Source: Bacteroidota bacterium (lineage in GTDB: Bacteria > Bacteroidota > Bacteroidia > Flavobacteriales_D > Sanyastnellaceae). Taken from it: a DNA stretch of 64,000 nt. This document shows, piece after piece, positions 17,128 through 27,802 of the stretch; within the stretch, counting starts at the first letter, position 1; each line of letters opens with the position of its first letter. A model generated the notes under the pieces. That model searched no databases, had not been told where the DNA came from, and worked only from the letters and a program-made list of their open reading frames with translations. Where the stretch lies: contig JAYZNI010000001.1 in NCBI GenBank assembly GCA_036152255.1, positions 802 to 64,801 of the forward strand, given 5' to 3'. The position numbers and the translations under genes are program-made.

Positions 17128-18598
17128 GAGACCAAGTACTTCCTTCTTTACTGTCTTTTATGGCAATACCCATTTCGCTAAGAGTATTACGGATTCTATC
17201 TGCACTATCCCAATCTTTCTTTTCTTTAGCATCTAACCTCATCTCAACAAGAAGGTCAAGCAGGTTTGATACAAGATCTTCAGTGCCTTCATCCTTTGAT
17301 CCTTCATCGACTAATCCTAATACGTCTTTCATGAAATCAGAGTAGAGAGACTTTAAATGGTCGATTTGAGCTTTGCCTAAAGAAATTCGACCGTCTGCAG
17401 CAGAATTAATTATCTTAACTCCTTCAAAAAGTTTTGCAATTAGAATTGGAGTATTGAAATCATCATTCATCGCAGCATAACACTTATCCTCAAGAGACTT
17501 AATGTCTACTTCTGAATTATCTGTCTTCTCTCCTTCAATTTTCCCTAGCGCTTCAATTGCGTTGTTAAGTTTAGATAAACCTTTCTCAGCTGCTTGTAGA
17601 GCTTCGTTTGAAAAGTCTAAGGTGCTTGCATAATGACCCATAAGCATGAAAAATCTTACTGTCATTGGTGAGTAGCCTCTTTCAAGAAGTTTATGATTAC
17701 CTGTAATTAGCTCCTCAGGAGTGAATCCGTTCCCTTCAGATTTAGCCATTTTACGGCCATTGACAGTTAGCATATTGCCATGAAGCCAATACTTTATTGG
17801 ATTTAGAGTTTTGTTTGCACCTATGTTTTGTGCTATTTCACACTCGTGGTGAGGGAATTTTAGATCCATGCCTCCTCCGTGAATATCGAACTCTTCTCCG
17901 AGATATTTAGTGCTCATTACAGAACACTCTAAATGCCAACCTGGGAAACCCATCCCCCATGGAGAAGGCCATTTCATAAGATGACTTTCGTCTGCGTTTT
18001 TCCATAGTGCGAAATCAAGCGGATCTCTCTTTTCTGATTGTCCGTCAAGTTCACGAGTGTTATTCATTAGCTCGTCTATCTTTCTCCCAGAAAGCTCTCC
18101 GTAGGGATAGTCTTCACTAAATTTTCTTACATTAAAGTAAACACTACCGTTTACTTCGTATGCATATCCATTGTTAATGATTTTTTGAACAAATGTGATT
18201 TGTTCAATTATATGTCCAGTTGCAGTTGGCTCAATTGATGGTGGAAGAATATTAAATACCCTCATTACATCATGGAAGTCATTAGTATATTTCTGTACGA
18301 CTTCCATAGGCTCGATTTTTTGTAAACGAGCAACTTTTCCAATTTTATCCTCTCCATCATCAGTATCTCCTACAAGGTGACCTACATCAGTAATATTTCT
18401 AATATATCTTACCTTATAACCAATGAATTTTAAGTAACGGTAGATTATGTCAAAAGATAAAAATGTCCTTACGTTTCCTAAGTGTACATTGCTGTATACA
18501 GTTGGTCCGCATACATACATCCCAACATGTGGAGCATTCAAAGGTTCAAATAGTTCCTTTTTTCTACTCAGGATATTATTTAAATAAAGAGGTTGCAT
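17120..18598 (-). CDS. cysS: Cysteine--tRNA ligase
   Basis: HIGH-type motif (NVHLGNVRT), KMSKS-type motif (KMAKSEGN), and Zn/Cys-binding regions (CGPTVY, HLECS, HHECE). Confidence 0.95.
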   Translation of the reverse strand: MQPLYLNNILSRKKELFEPLNAPHVGMYVCGPTVYSNVHLGNVRTFLSFDIIYRYLKFIGYKVRYIRNITDVGHLVGDTDDGEDKIGKVARLQKIEPMEVVQKYTNDFHDVMRVFNILPPSIEPTATGHIIEQITFVQKIINNGYAYEVNGSVYFNVRKFSEDYPYGELSGRKIDELMNNTRELDGQSEKRDPLDFALWKNADESHLMKWPSPWGMGFPGWHLECSVMSTKYLGEEFDIHGGGMDLKFPHHECEIAQNIGANKTLNPIKYWLHGNMLTVNGRKMAKSEGNGFTPEELITGNHKLLERGYSPMTVRFFMLMGHYASTLDFSNEALQAAEKGLSKLNNAIEALGKIEGEKTDNSEVDIKSLEDKCYAAMNDDFNTPILIAKLFEGVKIINSAADGRISLGKAQIDHLKSLYSDFMKDVLGLVDEGSKDEGTEDLVSNLLDLLVEMRLDAKEKKDWDSADRIRNTLSEMGIAIKDSKEGSTWSHE

Positions 18599-18617
18599 GT
18601 GCTAAAATATTGAGGTT

Positions 18618-18625
18618 CAAAGATA
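18618..18625 (-). promoter_or_regulatory. Candidate -7 box (TATCTTTG) for cysS
   Basis: The minus strand reads TATCTTTG, 19 nt upstream of the cysS ATG (18598), in the 29-nt gap after the upstream gene. Confidence 0.35.
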
Positions 18626-18627
18626 AA

Positions 18628-19566
18628 TCAGTTCCGCAATGCATTTAGCATGGCTGCAACAAGTTCTTCAGTACCGTATTCAGGCTTCCATCCCCAATGA
18701 CTTCTGGCAAGTGAGTCATCAATTATGTTTGGCCATGATGCAGCTATGTTTTGCCTTGAATCTGGATTATACTTTGTCACAAAGTTGGGACAGTGCTTTG
18801 CAATTATGTCGTTTAATTCTGACGGCGAAAATGAGCAGCCACTTAAATTATAAGATGTCCTTAGCTTAATGTTTTCAGATGGAGCCTCCATTAATTCTAT
18901 AGTCGCTCTTACAGCATCGTCCATATGCATCATGGGAAGAACTTCGTTTGGGCTTAAATAGCATTCAAACTCTTCAGAATTTATTGCCCTATAAAACGCT
19001 TCAACAGCGTAATCTGTAGTTCCTCCACCCGGCATTGATCTATGTCCAATCAACCCTGGATATCTCAGTGATCTTACATCGACCCCATATTTGTCATTGT
19101 AGTAATTGCACCACAATTCTCCTGCAACTTTAGAGACTCCGTAAATAGTTGTTGGGTCGCAAAATGTATCCTGCGGAGTTCCATCCTTAGGGGCATCAGG
19201 CCCAAACACAGCAATTGAACTAGGCCAAAACACCTTCTCAATCAACCCATCCTTCGCACACTCCAGTATATTCAATAGAGTTTTCATGTTCAGATCCCAA
19301 GCTGCTAAGGGATTTTCCTCTCCCTTTGCTGACAGCATTGCTACAAGCTGGTACACTGTTGAGATTTGATGCTCCTCAATAATCTTTCTTAATGCATTAG
19401 AATCAGTTGCATCCAATGGAATAAATTTACTTCTATTAGCCAGTTCATACCCCCCCTTTTTGATATCCGTGGCCACCACCGACTCTATGCCAAACCTCTC
19501 CTGCAGTCCAATTATCAATTCTATACCGAGCTGTCCAGAAGCTCCAATAATTAGGGTTTTTTCCAT
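18628..19566 (-). CDS. tdh: NAD-dependent epimerase/dehydratase-fold protein, likely short-chain L-threonine 3-dehydrogenase
   Basis: Rossmann start MEKTLIIGASGQLGIELI...VVATDIK; YGVSK catalytic Tyr-x3-Lys. Start trimmed to 19566, because the ORF-track extension overlaps the queA start region. Confidence 0.65.
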   Translation of the reverse strand: MEKTLIIGASGQLGIELIIGLQERFGIESVVATDIKKGGYELANRSKFIPLDATDSNALRKIIEEHQISTVYQLVAMLSAKGEENPLAAWDLNMKTLLNILECAKDGLIEKVFWPSSIAVFGPDAPKDGTPQDTFCDPTTIYGVSKVAGELWCNYYNDKYGVDVRSLRYPGLIGHRSMPGGGTTDYAVEAFYRAINSEEFECYLSPNEVLPMMHMDDAVRATIELMEAPSENIKLRTSYNLSGCSFSPSELNDIIAKHCPNFVTKYNPDSRQNIAASWPNIIDDSLARSHWGWKPEYGTEELVAAMLNALRN

Positions 19567-19589
19567 TTCGATGTGAAGGTAAGTAGAGA

Positions 19590-19597
19590 TACCTTTG
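19590..19597 (+). promoter_or_regulatory. Candidate -7 box (TACCTTTG) only 4 nt upstream of the queA ATG
   Basis: Exact TAnnTTTG match at 19590-19597; ATG at 19602. Confidence 0.3.
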
Positions 19598-19601
19598 AAC
19601 C

Positions 19602-20813
19602 ATGCAATCGAGCGACTTTGATTATGAACTACCGGATGAAAGAATTGCACGATATCCGATTAATCCAAGAAGGAAGGCCAAACTCCTTAGAGCGACGCTT
19701 TCCAAAATCGAACATTCCACTTTTGAGAACCTCCCATCAATTTTAAAGGACTTTGGTTGCGATGGACTTTGGGTTAATGACACCAAGGTTCTCCAGGCAA
19801 GACTGTTCATGGTCAAGCCGACAGGAGGGAGACTTGAGATTTTTTTATTAGAGCCACTCGAAGGAGTTACAGAGCTATCTCTTGCTTCAATAGGCCAAAC
19901 CTCTTGGAGATGCCTCATCAGAGGAGGCCGCAGGTGGACAGCGGAATACGCTTCAGTTGAATTTGACGATATTAACCTTGAAGTTAGGCCTGCCAATCAA
20001 ATCAAAGGATTAGTAAAAGAAGAGGGAGGAACTTTCGCTCTTACCTTTAATTGGGATGGGGATAAATGCTTTGGTGATGTCCTTGATATTTTAGGCAAAA
20101 TGCCTTTGCCGCCTTATATGAAGAGGGAGTCAGAATCTCTTGATAAAGAAGAATACCAAACCATTTTCGCAAAGTTCCCTGGGTCAGTTGCAGCTCCCAC
20201 TGCGGGACTTCACTACGACGATGTGCTAGTAAAGGATCTAGAGCAAGTTGGTTTACCTTTTAGTAAACTTACTCTTCACGTAGGTGCTGGAACTTTTAAA
20301 CCTCTGAGTGATGGACTACTTAGAGATCACGTCATGCACGCAGAGAGGTGCGTCGTTGGAAGGGCGACGCTTTTAAAACTAAGATCTCAAAAGCGTAGAG
20401 TTGCAACAGGAACAACGACCCTCAGAACCCTTGAGAGTATTTTTTGGATGGCCATCGCTCACAAAGCACAAGGTTTTTTCCCAAAGATTCTACCTCAATG
20501 GACACCCTATGAATTAGATGATAAAGGCATGTCATATGAGGATGCTTTGGACTATTTGTTAAGCATTTTTCCAGAAGGTGAGGATTGGAATTTCCAAACC
20601 CAAATCATGATTAAGCCAGGCTATAGAATTAGATCTATTGCCGGGCTTATTACTAATTTTCATCAACCAAATAGCACGTTGCTTTGTTTGGTTTCTGCTT
20701 GCCTAGAATCTGGTTCTTGTAACCAGAATTGGCGAGAGTTATACGATATTGCTCTTAGTAAAGATTATAGGTTTTTAAGCTATGGAGATGGTTGTCTCTT
20801 AGAGCTTACTTAG
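19602..20813 (+). CDS. queA: S-adenosylmethionine:tRNA ribosyltransferase-isomerase
   Basis: N-terminus FDYELPDERIARYP; motifs PLPPYM, AAPTAGLH, TNFHQPNSTLL. Confidence 0.93.
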   Translation: MQSSDFDYELPDERIARYPINPRRKAKLLRATLSKIEHSTFENLPSILKDFGCDGLWVNDTKVLQARLFMVKPTGGRLEIFLLEPLEGVTELSLASIGQTSWRCLIRGGRRWTAEYASVEFDDINLEVRPANQIKGLVKEEGGTFALTFNWDGDKCFGDVLDILGKMPLPPYMKRESESLDKEEYQTIFAKFPGSVAAPTAGLHYDDVLVKDLEQVGLPFSKLTLHVGAGTFKPLSDGLLRDHVMHAERCVVGRATLLKLRSQKRRVATGTTTLRTLESIFWMAIAHKAQGFFPKILPQWTPYELDDKGMSYEDALDYLLSIFPEGEDWNFQTQIMIKPGYRIRSIAGLITNFHQPNSTLLCLVSACLESGSCNQNWRELYDIALSKDYRFLSYGDGCLLELT

Positions 20814-22858
20814 TTTCTGTTATCCTCGACGTTAGAAGCTTCTACCATAGAGTTTGTAATTGCAACTGATAGTCCACCTTGTGCACGAGTAACAAGTTGA
20901 GTTTGCTCCTCTAAGAAATCTGTTTTCTCTTCTGCTTCTGTAATAGACTGAGGTGCGATAACCCAAACCCCGTGTTCACCTAAGATAGGGTTAGACATAT
21001 TACCTACAGGTATAGAGAATGCAGAACCAACTACAATAGGTTCAGCTCCAGCTCCAGAACCAGAAACTGCAGAGTTTTTAAGGTTTGCTTTGAATGCAGT
21101 CTTTACAGACTCGCCAATATTCTCAGCAATCTCATCAAGGTTACTTCCGTTCATCAATTCTGCGTAAAGTTCACCTTTTGCCTCCTTAGTTGCACCTGCA
21201 ATCATCTTGTCTTCAACAGCTTCGAAAGTTGGTTCCCCATCTTTCTTAATCATGTCAACAATAGCGACTATATAAGTCTTGTCAGCGATAATAGGTTGAG
21301 AAATCTCTCCTTCTTCAGCAGAGTAAATCCAACCTACTAGTTCTCTTGCATCTCTAATTCCAGAAAGAGAAGATGCTCCACGTACTACGTTTAAAGCCTC
21401 ACTAGTTGTGTAACCAGCTTCTTCAGCTGCAGCAACAAGTTCTTCCTTGATTGAGTACTCAATTGCAAAATCATTAGCAGCTGCATATGCTTCTCTTCTT
21501 GTAGCATCTGAAGCTCCAACTTGACGAGTAATCATTGCAACCTCTACCTCTTCGATTTTGTATCTGCGGTCTAGTACTTCAATTACGTGAACTCCGTATG
21601 AAGTCTCAACTGAACCGATAGTTCCAATTCTCTTTTTGAAACTGAAGTCATTGAATGGTTTTACCATTTGCCCTTGTGGGAAGAATTCATAAACACCTCC
21701 ATTAGACTTAGATCCAGGATCGTCAGAGTAACGAGCTGCTAATGCACCAAAGTCTTGACCAGACTTAATCATTCTAACAAGGCTATCAGCTTTAGAATTC
21801 AAACGTGCCATTTCTTTTGCATCCTTCACATCCTTTGCTTGGAGTAGGATATGTCTAACTGATGCAGCAGTATCAGGAGTCATTTTACGACTCAATACGT
21901 TTGCTACAATCATTTTGTCTCCTTTTGAGTAAGGACCAACCATAGACCCAACTTTTACATCGAAGAAAGAGCTTTCATTTACGTTTGTTTCTACTTGAGC
22001 TTCTCTAAGAGTTACAACTGAACCATTTTCATTTGTTTCAGCAAAATCTCTTTTATCCTTACTGATATTCCAAATCTCTTTAATGTCAGTTAGCTCTTTG
22101 TTGATGATATCAAGATCTTCAATAGACGCTCCTACTGGAATCTTTACAAGAGTTACATCACGTCCTTCGCTTTGCTTGTACTCCTTATCCCCTTTATGAG
22201 CATTGTAATATGCCCTAACATCGCTAACACTTACTTCAACAGCGCTATCAGGAATGTTCTTGTAAAGCTTTGCAACATACTTAAACTCAACAGCTCTATT
22301 TCCGTTTAAGTAGTCGTACTTTCCTTCTAGAGTATTAGCATAAACTCCACGGTTTACAAGTGCGTCAAATTTTTCTCTTTTGCGCTTTGATACAATAACT
22401 TCTTTGTATCGAAGGAAGTTTTGCTGACCCCTTGGAGAAGCTAGCATTTGAGTAAAGTTATCTACCCATGTCTTCTTGTTATCGCCGTTGCTGTAGAATG
22501 CTCTTGACATGTATCCAGAATCAATATCTCCGAATAACATCTCTTGATATTCTTTGTCTGAAACAACGATACCAGCGCTAGCAAACTCATCAGCAAGAAC
22601 CATATCAGTTGTTATATCGTTCCATACTTCGTTTGTAAGTCCGTCTCCACTAAACCCAAGGCTTCTGCGGTTTTGAACTGCGATTTGATAATCTTGTCCG
22701 CTAATGCTTTTCCCGTTTACACTTCCAATATCTCTTGAAGCACCACCACCAGTTAATGCAATAACAGCATCAAATGGAACTAGGAAGCCTAGCATACCGA
22801 TTCCTAGAATGATAAGCAGCAATCCTCTGCGATTGCGAATATTTTCAATCATAGCCAT
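20810..22858 (-). CDS. Periplasmic chaperone / peptidyl-prolyl isomerase, PpiD/SurA-like
   Basis: The N-terminal anchor MAMIENIRNRRGLLLIILGIGMLGFLV is typical of PpiD. A parvulin-like segment follows (VRHILLQAKD...GGVYEFFPQGQMVKPFNDF...YGVHVIEV). Confidence 0.85.
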   Translation of the reverse strand: MAMIENIRNRRGLLLIILGIGMLGFLVPFDAVIALTGGGASRDIGSVNGKSISGQDYQIAVQNRRSLGFSGDGLTNEVWNDITTDMVLADEFASAGIVVSDKEYQEMLFGDIDSGYMSRAFYSNGDNKKTWVDNFTQMLASPRGQQNFLRYKEVIVSKRKREKFDALVNRGVYANTLEGKYDYLNGNRAVEFKYVAKLYKNIPDSAVEVSVSDVRAYYNAHKGDKEYKQSEGRDVTLVKIPVGASIEDLDIINKELTDIKEIWNISKDKRDFAETNENGSVVTLREAQVETNVNESSFFDVKVGSMVGPYSKGDKMIVANVLSRKMTPDTAASVRHILLQAKDVKDAKEMARLNSKADSLVRMIKSGQDFGALAARYSDDPGSKSNGGVYEFFPQGQMVKPFNDFSFKKRIGTIGSVETSYGVHVIEVLDRRYKIEEVEVAMITRQVGASDATRREAYAAANDFAIEYSIKEELVAAAEEAGYTTSEALNVVRGASSLSGIRDARELVGWIYSAEEGEISQPIIADKTYIVAIVDMIKKDGEPTFEAVEDKMIAGATKEAKGELYAELMNGSNLDEIAENIGESVKTAFKANLKNSAVSGSGAGAEPIVVGSAFSIPVGNMSNPILGEHGVWVIAPQSITEAEEKTDFLEEQTQLVTRAQGGLSVAITNSMVEASNVEDNRN

Positions 22859-22908
22859 AGTAAGACCTATTTATAATCAGGTGCGCGAAGATAAGAAATT
22901 CTTCCTAC

Positions 22909-24186
22909 CTACAGTAGTTTCAGTTCAATAAGGTCTATTCTGTTCGCTTCGACCTTCAAAATTTTGATGTGAAAACCATCAATTTCTAATTCTGACCCTT
23001 CTTCAGGAATTTCTGCAACCTTATCTAGAATAAGTCCTCCTAGAGTTTCATAAGCATCTTCAGTTGGTAGAGAAATACTGTGTTTTTCGTTTAAATATTC
23101 TACTTCATGACGAGCAGAAAGTATCCAGTGTTTTTCACTTATTTCCTGCTCTATTAAGTCTTCTATATCGTGCTCGTCCTCGATTTCACCAAGTAATTCT
23201 TCAACGATATCTTCCATCGTGAGTATACCTGCTGTTCCTCCAAATTCATCTAGAACTACAGCTAAATGTCGGCGGCGTCTCATGAATTGCTTTAACAATT
23301 CATCTCCAGTCATAGGTTCTGGGATAAAGAAGGTAGGCAATAGAATATCACTGATATTTTCAGGCAATTTGAACAGATCCTTTACGTGTATGTAACCTGT
23401 GATTTTGTCAATATCACCATCAAATACCACAATTTTAGAAAGCCCGGTATTATTGAATATTTCTTTAATGTCTGAAATACTTGAGTCAAGAGAAACGGAG
23501 ACAACTTCGTTTCTAGGAACCATACAATCTCTAGCTCTAATGTTGCCTAATTCAAGAGCATTTTGCATGATCTTAAGTTCGTGCTCTAACTCCCCGTCAG
23601 GTTCAATTTGGGCACTCATTCCTTCGAGATAATGGTTTAAGTCAGTAGCGCCAAATTCAGTTGAACCACTTGAGTTATTAGATTTGAAAAAAGGAAATAG
23701 TAGCACTTTACTCAATCCAACAATAATCATAGCTGGGATTGCTAGAATGGCAATTATTAAAGCTAGAACAAAGCTTAATCTATTAAGCCAAAGATTTGGG
23801 GCAACGTGGAAAAGTGATTTGGGAATAAATTCAGCAGTAATAAGTACAACAATGGTTGTAGCAACGGTTTGGACTAAAAGAGCTGTAATAGGAGACGTAG
23901 CAGAATTCCAGTCTGCGGCGTCGAAAATAGCTTGACTTATTAGTGCTCCAGACTCTACTCCACAAAGAACCAGGGCCAAATTATTACCCACTAGCATGCA
24001 GGCAATAAAAAGCTGAGGTCTGTCAAAGAAAGATGCTACAAGTTTTCCGCTTAGACTCTTTGTTGAATCCATTTCAACCTTGAGGCGATTTGCAGAAACA
24101 AAAGCCATTTCCATCCCTGAGAAAAAGCCAGAAGCCACAAGTGATGCGATGATTGTTAAAAGTGTACTGGAGGCGTCAGGATCCAT
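22909..24186 (-). CDS. CNNM/DUF21 - CBS pair - CorC_HlyC family membrane protein (hemolysin/CorC-like), paralog of GldE
   Basis: Four N-terminal TM segments; CBS region (MVPRNEVVSV...ITGYIHVKDL); HLAVVLDEFGGTAGILTMEDIVEELLGEIEDEHD; C-terminal CorC_HlyC-like end. Confidence 0.85.
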   Translation of the reverse strand: MDPDASSTLLTIIASLVASGFFSGMEMAFVSANRLKVEMDSTKSLSGKLVASFFDRPQLFIACMLVGNNLALVLCGVESGALISQAIFDAADWNSATSPITALLVQTVATTIVVLITAEFIPKSLFHVAPNLWLNRLSFVLALIIAILAIPAMIIVGLSKVLLFPFFKSNNSSGSTEFGATDLNHYLEGMSAQIEPDGELEHELKIMQNALELGNIRARDCMVPRNEVVSVSLDSSISDIKEIFNNTGLSKIVVFDGDIDKITGYIHVKDLFKLPENISDILLPTFFIPEPMTGDELLKQFMRRRRHLAVVLDEFGGTAGILTMEDIVEELLGEIEDEHDIEDLIEQEISEKHWILSARHEVEYLNEKHSISLPTEDAYETLGGLILDKVAEIPEEGSELEIDGFHIKILKVEANRIDLIELKLL

Positions 24187-24398
24187 TATTTACCTAAATC
24201 TCGTTCAAGTCGTTTTCTAAATATACGACGAATAACATACCAAAGTCCAGCAAGTATAGGAATCAGAGGAAGGAATTTATTTCTTTCGACTCCATCGGTA
24301 TACATGAACCAAATTGTAACTACTGTTGCGAAAACAGTTGACAAAAGCCAAAACTTTTCGGCTGCTTTAGTCACTTTTAATATTCTTTCTTGGTCCAT
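24186..24398 (-). CDS. Small 2-TM membrane protein (70 aa), unknown function
   Basis: Its start overlaps the lptC-like stop and its stop overlaps the CNNM gene start (1-nt overlaps at both ends), which suggests coupled translation. Two hydrophobic helices. Confidence 0.55.
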   Translation of the reverse strand: MDQERILKVTKAAEKFWLLSTVFATVVTIWFMYTDGVERNKFLPLIPILAGLWYVIRRIFRKRLERDLGK

Positions 24399-24943
24399 TA
24401 TGGTAATTCGAATGCACCTATTGGGTTTAAGATTCTGTAGTTTTCGAATTTGCTATCTGCTTCTAACCCATTCCCCTCTAGTGTCCCAGATTTGGACTCA
24501 ATTCTTACGGGTCTATTAGTATGGACTCTATCGGAATCATTGGACCAAACTAGATATTCAGTATTTAATTTTTCTCCTTCTTTATTAATTAGCTCAACAT
24601 CATCATATGCTGTAAGATGACCTTGATCAGCGTCATAAGTTCCGCGGCCACCACTCAATACAGCTTCGTATTTTTTGCTATCTCCCTCAATATATAGGGT
24701 GAACCCTTCACTCACACGCCAAATCTCAGTAGATGAATTATCGCTATTCCACCTTTCTAGTCTTCCAGCGTTTAAGACGTTTTTTATCTTGCTTTTCTCT
24801 GTGTACTTAAAGGTGCCACCAGAAATCACTTGAAGGGCTTTTTCTTCGATATCAACAGCAGGTACTTTTTCTGATTCAACAACTTGGCATGTTGTGAATG
24901 CGAATAATGCCAAAACAGAAAAAGAACTTGCAGCTTTGTTCAT
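24398..24943 (-). CDS. lptC: LptC-like (OstA/LptC fold) LPS export periplasmic protein
   Basis: 181 aa with an N-terminal anchor or lipobox-like FAFTTC. Beta-rich sequence. Its position upstream of a CNNM gene and downstream of TPR/OMP genes matches the Flavobacteriia synteny as I recall it. Confidence 0.5.
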   Translation of the reverse strand: MNKAASSFSVLALFAFTTCQVVESEKVPAVDIEEKALQVISGGTFKYTEKSKIKNVLNAGRLERWNSDNSSTEIWRVSEGFTLYIEGDSKKYEAVLSGGRGTYDADQGHLTAYDDVELINKEGEKLNTEYLVWSNDSDRVHTNRPVRIESKSGTLEGNGLEADSKFENYRILNPIGAFELP

Positions 24944-26338
24944 TTATCGTACTCTAATAGTAGTAGTCTCTCCAGAGCATGGACAAGACCCCGACTCTTT
25001 AACTGTAAAGCTAGAGCCAGCAGATAATCCTAGAGCAAATACTTCGTCAATTGTGGGGAATTGTTTAGCCATATTTGACATCTTCTTTTCTGCAGTAGAA
25101 GCAAGTTCAGCATCCATGCGTTTAGCTCTTGCATAGTAATCGTGAGCCACCCAGTATACAGCTCTCTTTCCAATTGCTCCATCGTCACAAGCACTTGATG
25201 ATCCTGCAATGGCATCTCCAATTAGCATATATGCTTCTGCATTTGCATTGTTGATTGCTAGTACTTGACGAGCGTAACGCTTAGCTGTACTAGGGCGCTT
25301 AAGTGCAGAAGCGATTTGGCCAGCCTTTAGAAGGTAAGTTAATTGTTCAGAACAACTATCACAATTCATAACAGCCTCTTCCATGTACTTAAAGCTATCA
25401 GAGAATTTTGACTGCTTTGCATATCCCATACCAATTGCATATGCAGCTTCGGCAGAAGGTTCAACTTCATAAACTGCAGTAGCAACAGGAAGGAAAAGGT
25501 CGTTTTCAGTACATTCTCTCTTTACAAGTAGGCTCAACACTTTGCGCTTTAGATCCATATTCTCTGGAGAAGCATCGATACTTGCTTGAAGTACTGGAAC
25601 CATTTCGTCACACTTAGCAATCGTAGTGAAAATTTTCTCGATGTTTTCCTTTGCGCTAACGTAAGAATTGATAGTCTTTTCCTTGCCATTTGCAGCAGCA
25701 ATTGCTGTGTTTGCATATTCCATGAGGCGCAAGTAATCAGTTAGCATTTGGGTTTTCATCTCTGCGCCCTTCACCTTGTCTTCCTTATTGATAGCCTTCA
25801 TTGTGTAGAAAGACGTAGCGTAATATCCACTTAGAGTTGAAGCTGAACTCTTGGACTCAATGCAATCAATGCTCTCTTTAAACATTGCGTAAGCAACTTC
25901 TGGTTGGTCCTTGAAGTACTTATATTGGTCAGATGCTTTTCTTCCAAGAGTGTGGCATCTGTTGTTCGGCTTTTTCTTAGTAGCAGGAAAAAGTTCCATT
26001 CTCTTGTCATAAGCCCACATTAAACTGTCGATTAAAATAGCTTGTCGAGCATCATCATCTGCCTTTTTTGCCACCTTAATTTCTGACTTAATGAAAGTAG
26101 CTCCATCTGCGTAAAGACTCTCTTGAACTGTTTCAGGACAAACATCACAAGCCTTCTTCCACTGTTGATATGCTTCACCGAAATTCTTTTGCTTCTTGTA
26201 GCTCTTGTATACGCTGAGAGCTTCTTTGCAAAGAGTTTGCTGCTCTGGAGTATTGCCATATTTGCTGTCGTTTTGGGCTGAAGCAAATACAGGCAGAGTA
26301 ATGATAATTGAGAGAATGAGTTTATTGTGTAGTTTCAT
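24944..26338 (-). CDS. Exported TPR-like repeat protein
   Basis: Signal peptide ...LPVFASA|Q. Helical repeat composition with several Cys pairs. No catalytic motif. Confidence 0.6.
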   Translation of the reverse strand: MKLHNKLILSIIITLPVFASAQNDSKYGNTPEQQTLCKEALSVYKSYKKQKNFGEAYQQWKKACDVCPETVQESLYADGATFIKSEIKVAKKADDDARQAILIDSLMWAYDKRMELFPATKKKPNNRCHTLGRKASDQYKYFKDQPEVAYAMFKESIDCIESKSSASTLSGYYATSFYTMKAINKEDKVKGAEMKTQMLTDYLRLMEYANTAIAAANGKEKTINSYVSAKENIEKIFTTIAKCDEMVPVLQASIDASPENMDLKRKVLSLLVKRECTENDLFLPVATAVYEVEPSAEAAYAIGMGYAKQSKFSDSFKYMEEAVMNCDSCSEQLTYLLKAGQIASALKRPSTAKRYARQVLAINNANAEAYMLIGDAIAGSSSACDDGAIGKRAVYWVAHDYYARAKRMDAELASTAEKKMSNMAKQFPTIDEVFALGLSAGSSFTVKESGSCPCSGETTTIRVR

Positions 26339-26350
26339 CTTCTTGATTTT

Positions 26351-27802
26351 TTAATCGTATAGTTTAGGCGTAAGCCAAAGGTTCTTAAAGAACGGAGCAA
26401 GTGTCACTCCTATTTGAATGTTTAAAATATTTTCTTCTAGGGTATTATCTAAAAACGTGCCATCCGCATCCATGAGACTTCTCTTTCCGTATTCTAAGCC
26501 CAAATGTACTAGACTATTTGATCGAGATCTTTCAATAGGCATGCTCAATCCACATGACACTCTCCACTCAGCCAATTGATTGAACTCTCCATTTGAATTG
26601 TAGCTCAAAGGATACTTCTCGATAGAATATCCGGCCTTATAAGTTGTCCTTGATAAGACACTTTTGCCTGATCCTCGTGAAGGAGGCTTGAAGCTAATTC
26701 CTGTTGACAATTTACTTGCCTTTTCCCATTGAACATTAACTGTGTCCCCAAGTAAGAAATTGTTGGTGGAGTCCGTGTTGTAAACAGACCAATCTTCACT
26801 AGCATAGTCAAAGCCCACTAACAACCTACTTCCACTAGCAGACTCTGAAGAAATAGCAGCGCCTGCAGACCATTTTGCTGGGGTTTGGCCACTCAAATTA
26901 TCAGAATAATAATAGGCAGTATCATAAAATTGATTTGATTCAAAAGAACCTATAACTCTCAATCTTTCGTAATCAGTATTGAGGTTAGTTCGAGTAGAAT
27001 AAGTTCCTCCAAGGTATAATTTTGTAGAGCTAATGAAATTTTTATCCTGGTCGTATTTTATCTCTAGAAGCTGATATGCCTGAAGCCCAAACACGCCCCT
27101 AACTCCCCTATGTCTCATAGAGGTATTAATGTAGGCATCTGCAAAAGTTATATTCTCAATATCCAAAACTTCTTTAGAAACAACTTCTCCAAATAGATAA
27201 TCAAATTGCGCACCTATTTGTAAAGAGCGGTTATTTATCAAGACAGAATCTTCATTAGAAATATGATGCCACTTTTTTTCTCTCAAAGCTCTCGCTAAGC
27301 CTACGTATGACCTTGCCGTACCTCCATTGCCACGGAAGTATTCGGTAATATTTCCAGCTACTTGGTCTTCGTATTCTCTGTATAGGTTGTATCCTCTTGA
27401 ACTGTTTGGGATAAGGCCAAACATCATAGCAGTCTTATTGTTGTTTTGCTTGATAACCATGCTTAACGCACCTATGTTACCAATAATTGCAGTTGTGTTA
27501 GAATCAGTCTCGACCATTGAATTTGTCGAATTGTAAATCGACGATTGCAGAATTGTGCTAGTGCACCCAGCGGCAGAGGCAGGCTGGTTTGGGTTTATCA
27601 CATCTTTCTCCATCAAAGGTGAAATCACACCACCCATTAGTTGTTGTGGACTAGAATACGACTGCATATTCACACCAAAACCAAACCTTGACCAAGGCGA
27701 CGGATCAGATTCTTGAGAATGAGCATTAATGCCTAAAACATAGGCTAATACTGCAATTAACGCTCTTTGGTTAAACGCTTTTGATAGATTGTAATAAAGC
27801 AT
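26351..27802 (-). CDS. Putative outer-membrane beta-barrel protein, unknown function
   Basis: Signal peptide ...LGINAHS|Q. Alternating hydrophobic/polar beta-strand pattern, Gly/Tyr/Ser-rich. Overlaps the coaX 3' end by 32 nt. Confidence 0.5.
   Translation of the reverse strand: MLYYNLSKAFNQRALIAVLAYVLGINAHSQESDPSPWSRFGFGVNMQSYSSPQQLMGGVISPLMEKDVINPNQPASAAGCTSTILQSSIYNSTNSMVETDSNTTAIIGNIGALSMVIKQNNNKTAMMFGLIPNSSRGYNLYREYEDQVAGNITEYFRGNGGTARSYVGLARALREKKWHHISNEDSVLINNRSLQIGAQFDYLFGEVVSKEVLDIENITFADAYINTSMRHRGVRGVFGLQAYQLLEIKYDQDKNFISSTKLYLGGTYSTRTNLNTDYERLRVIGSFESNQFYDTAYYYSDNLSGQTPAKWSAGAAISSESASGSRLLVGFDYASEDWSVYNTDSTNNFLLGDTVNVQWEKASKLSTGISFKPPSRGSGKSVLSRTTYKAGYSIEKYPLSYNSNGEFNQLAEWRVSCGLSMPIERSRSNSLVHLGLEYGKRSLMDADGTFLDNTLEENILNIQIGVTLAPFFKNLWLTPKLYD

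Noticed and set aside
19622-19996. 124-aa minus-strand ORF inside queA
   Set aside because: Antisense to queA, whose motifs are unambiguous. The composition is S/L/R-rich.
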